A stretch of DNA of 64,000 nt. It comes from Lama guanicoe. Lineage: Eukaryota. The stretch lies in assembly GCA_013239625.1 (NCBI GenBank), contig MU054098.1, positions 837,568 to 901,567 on the forward strand, read 5' to 3'. Position 1 is the stretch's first letter, and each line of letters begins with the position of its first letter. The translations under genes were made by a program, and so were the position numbers. The notes under the pieces are model-generated. The model saw nothing but the letters and a program-made list of their open reading frames with translations. It had not been told where the DNA came from and searched no databases. Below are positions 62,401 through 64,000 of this stretch, one piece after another.

Positions 62401-64000
62401 TAATGAGTCTGGCTAAAAGTCTACCAGTGTGCATTTATCTTTTCAAAGAACCAGCTTTTAGTTTCATTGATCTTTTCTATTTTTTGGTCTCTATTTCATT
62501 TATTTATGTTCTGATCTTTATTATTTCTTTCTTTATAATAAACTTTGGTTGTATTTGTTCTTTTTTCACTTCCTATAGGTGTAAGGCTAAGTTGTTTATT
62601 TGAGATTTTTCTTGTTTCCTTTCTTGTTCCCCTGAGGTAAGGTTGTATTGGTATAAACTTCCCCTAGAGCTGCTTTTGCTGCATCCCATAGATTTTGAAT
62701 CATTGTGTTTTCATTTTCATTTTTTCCAGGTAGTTTTTGTTTTCCTCTTTAATTTCTTCAGTGATTCATTGGTTGTTTAGTAGCATATTGTTTAGCCTCC
62801 GCAGTTTTGTGGTTTTTTGCAGTTTTTTTTCTTGCAGTTGATTTCTAGTCTCATAGTGTTGTGGTTGGTAAAGATGCTTGATATGAGTTCACTTTTCTTA
62901 AATTTACTGAGGCTTGTTTTGTGGCCAAGCATGTGATCTATCCTGGAGAATGTTACATGTGCACTTGAAAAGAATGTGTATTGTTCTGCTTTTGGATGGA
63001 ATGTTCTGTAAATTATCTATTAAGTTCATCTAGTGTAATATCTCCTTTAAGGCTACTGTTTCCTTGTTGATTTTCTGTCCGGATGATCTGTCCATTGAAT
63101 GAGGTGGGGTGTTAAAGTCCCCTACTATTATTCTGTTACTGTTGATTTTTCCCTTTATGTCCCTTAATATTTGCTGTATGTGTTTAGGTCCTCCTATGTT
63201 GGATGCATATATATTTACAATTGTTATAACTTCTTGGATTGATCCCTTGATCAACGTAGTGTCCTTCTTTGTCTTTTGTAACAGTCTTTATTTTAAAGTC
63301 TATTTTGTCTGATATAAGTACTTCTACCCTGGCTTTCTTTTGATTTCCATTTCCATGGAATATCTTTTTCCACCCTGTCACTTTAAGTCTTTGTGTGTCT
63401 TTAGACGAAGTGAGTCTCTTGTAGGCAGAATATATAAGGATTTTTTTTTTAAGTATCCATTCAGCCACTCTGTCTTTTTGGAGCATTTAGTCCACTTACA
63501 TATTTCTAAGTAATTATTGATACATATGCATATTGCCATTTTGTTTGTTTTTTGGGGGGTTATTTACGTAAGCCTTTTTCATTCCTTTCCTTCTCATTTG
63601 TTCTCTTCTCTTGTGATTTGTTAACTATCTTTAGTGTTATGTTTGGATTCCTTTGTCATCTTGTGTATATCTAGTATAATTTTTGGTTTGTGGTTACCAT
63701 AAGGTTTATACATAGGAATCTATCAATCTACACATACATATGCATACAATGTGTGCATAATTAAGTTGCTGACTTCTTATTTCAAATGCATTTTAACAAC
63801 CCTAGATTTATACTCTCCTCCCTCATAATTGTTTTTTACCTTATATTTTATGTCAACTTGTTTTGTATATCCCTTAACCACTTATTGTGGATATAGATGA
63901 TTTTTACTACTTTTGTCTTTTAACCTTTCTTCCAGCTTTGTGTGTGAGATGATTTCTTACCCTTTACAGTGTGTTTGCCTTTACTAATAAACTTTTATTT
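59461..64000 (-). mobile_element. LINE-1 (3'UTR, frameshifted ORF2, inter-ORF region), continues off the right edge
   Basis: ORF remnants [21 protein letters not shown]...[17 protein letters not shown] and ISDKIDFKIKTVTKDKEGHY cover the C-terminal, RT and endonuclease domains. Confidence 0.97.

Noticed and set aside
60017..63486. Functional reverse transcriptase or endonuclease gene
   Set aside because: L1 ORF2 is broken into many short frames by stops and frameshifts.

Overview
Mammalian genomic DNA, AT-rich and dominated by repeats. A tRNA-Ala-derived SINE resembling vic-1 points to a camelid. I recognise no intact host gene. Nearly all ORFs in the track are chance ORFs or LINE-1/ERV remnants. 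The window holds: the CpG-rich 5'UTR of a young minus-strand L1 at the left edge; a ~6.07 kb L1 bounded by a target-site duplication (TSD) at 40.2-46.3 kb; a third large L1 running off the right edge; a decayed two-LTR ERV1 provirus (27.7-33.9 kb); several solo or compound LTRs; and many MIR, L2, hAT and Tigger relics. The most striking structure is a ~1.1 kb inverted duplication (34419-~35520 and ~47480-48595) around a ~12 kb spacer. Its arms are about 98% identical, with long perfect blocks, clustered mismatches and decayed edges, which suggests arm-to-arm gene conversion or recurrent inversion. Each arm carries an LTR promoter pointing into the spacer. A few weak candidate exons lie at 2-7 kb and ~23 kb. 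Repeat family names are from recall of consensus sequences, not a database search, and the boundaries of old repeats are approximate.
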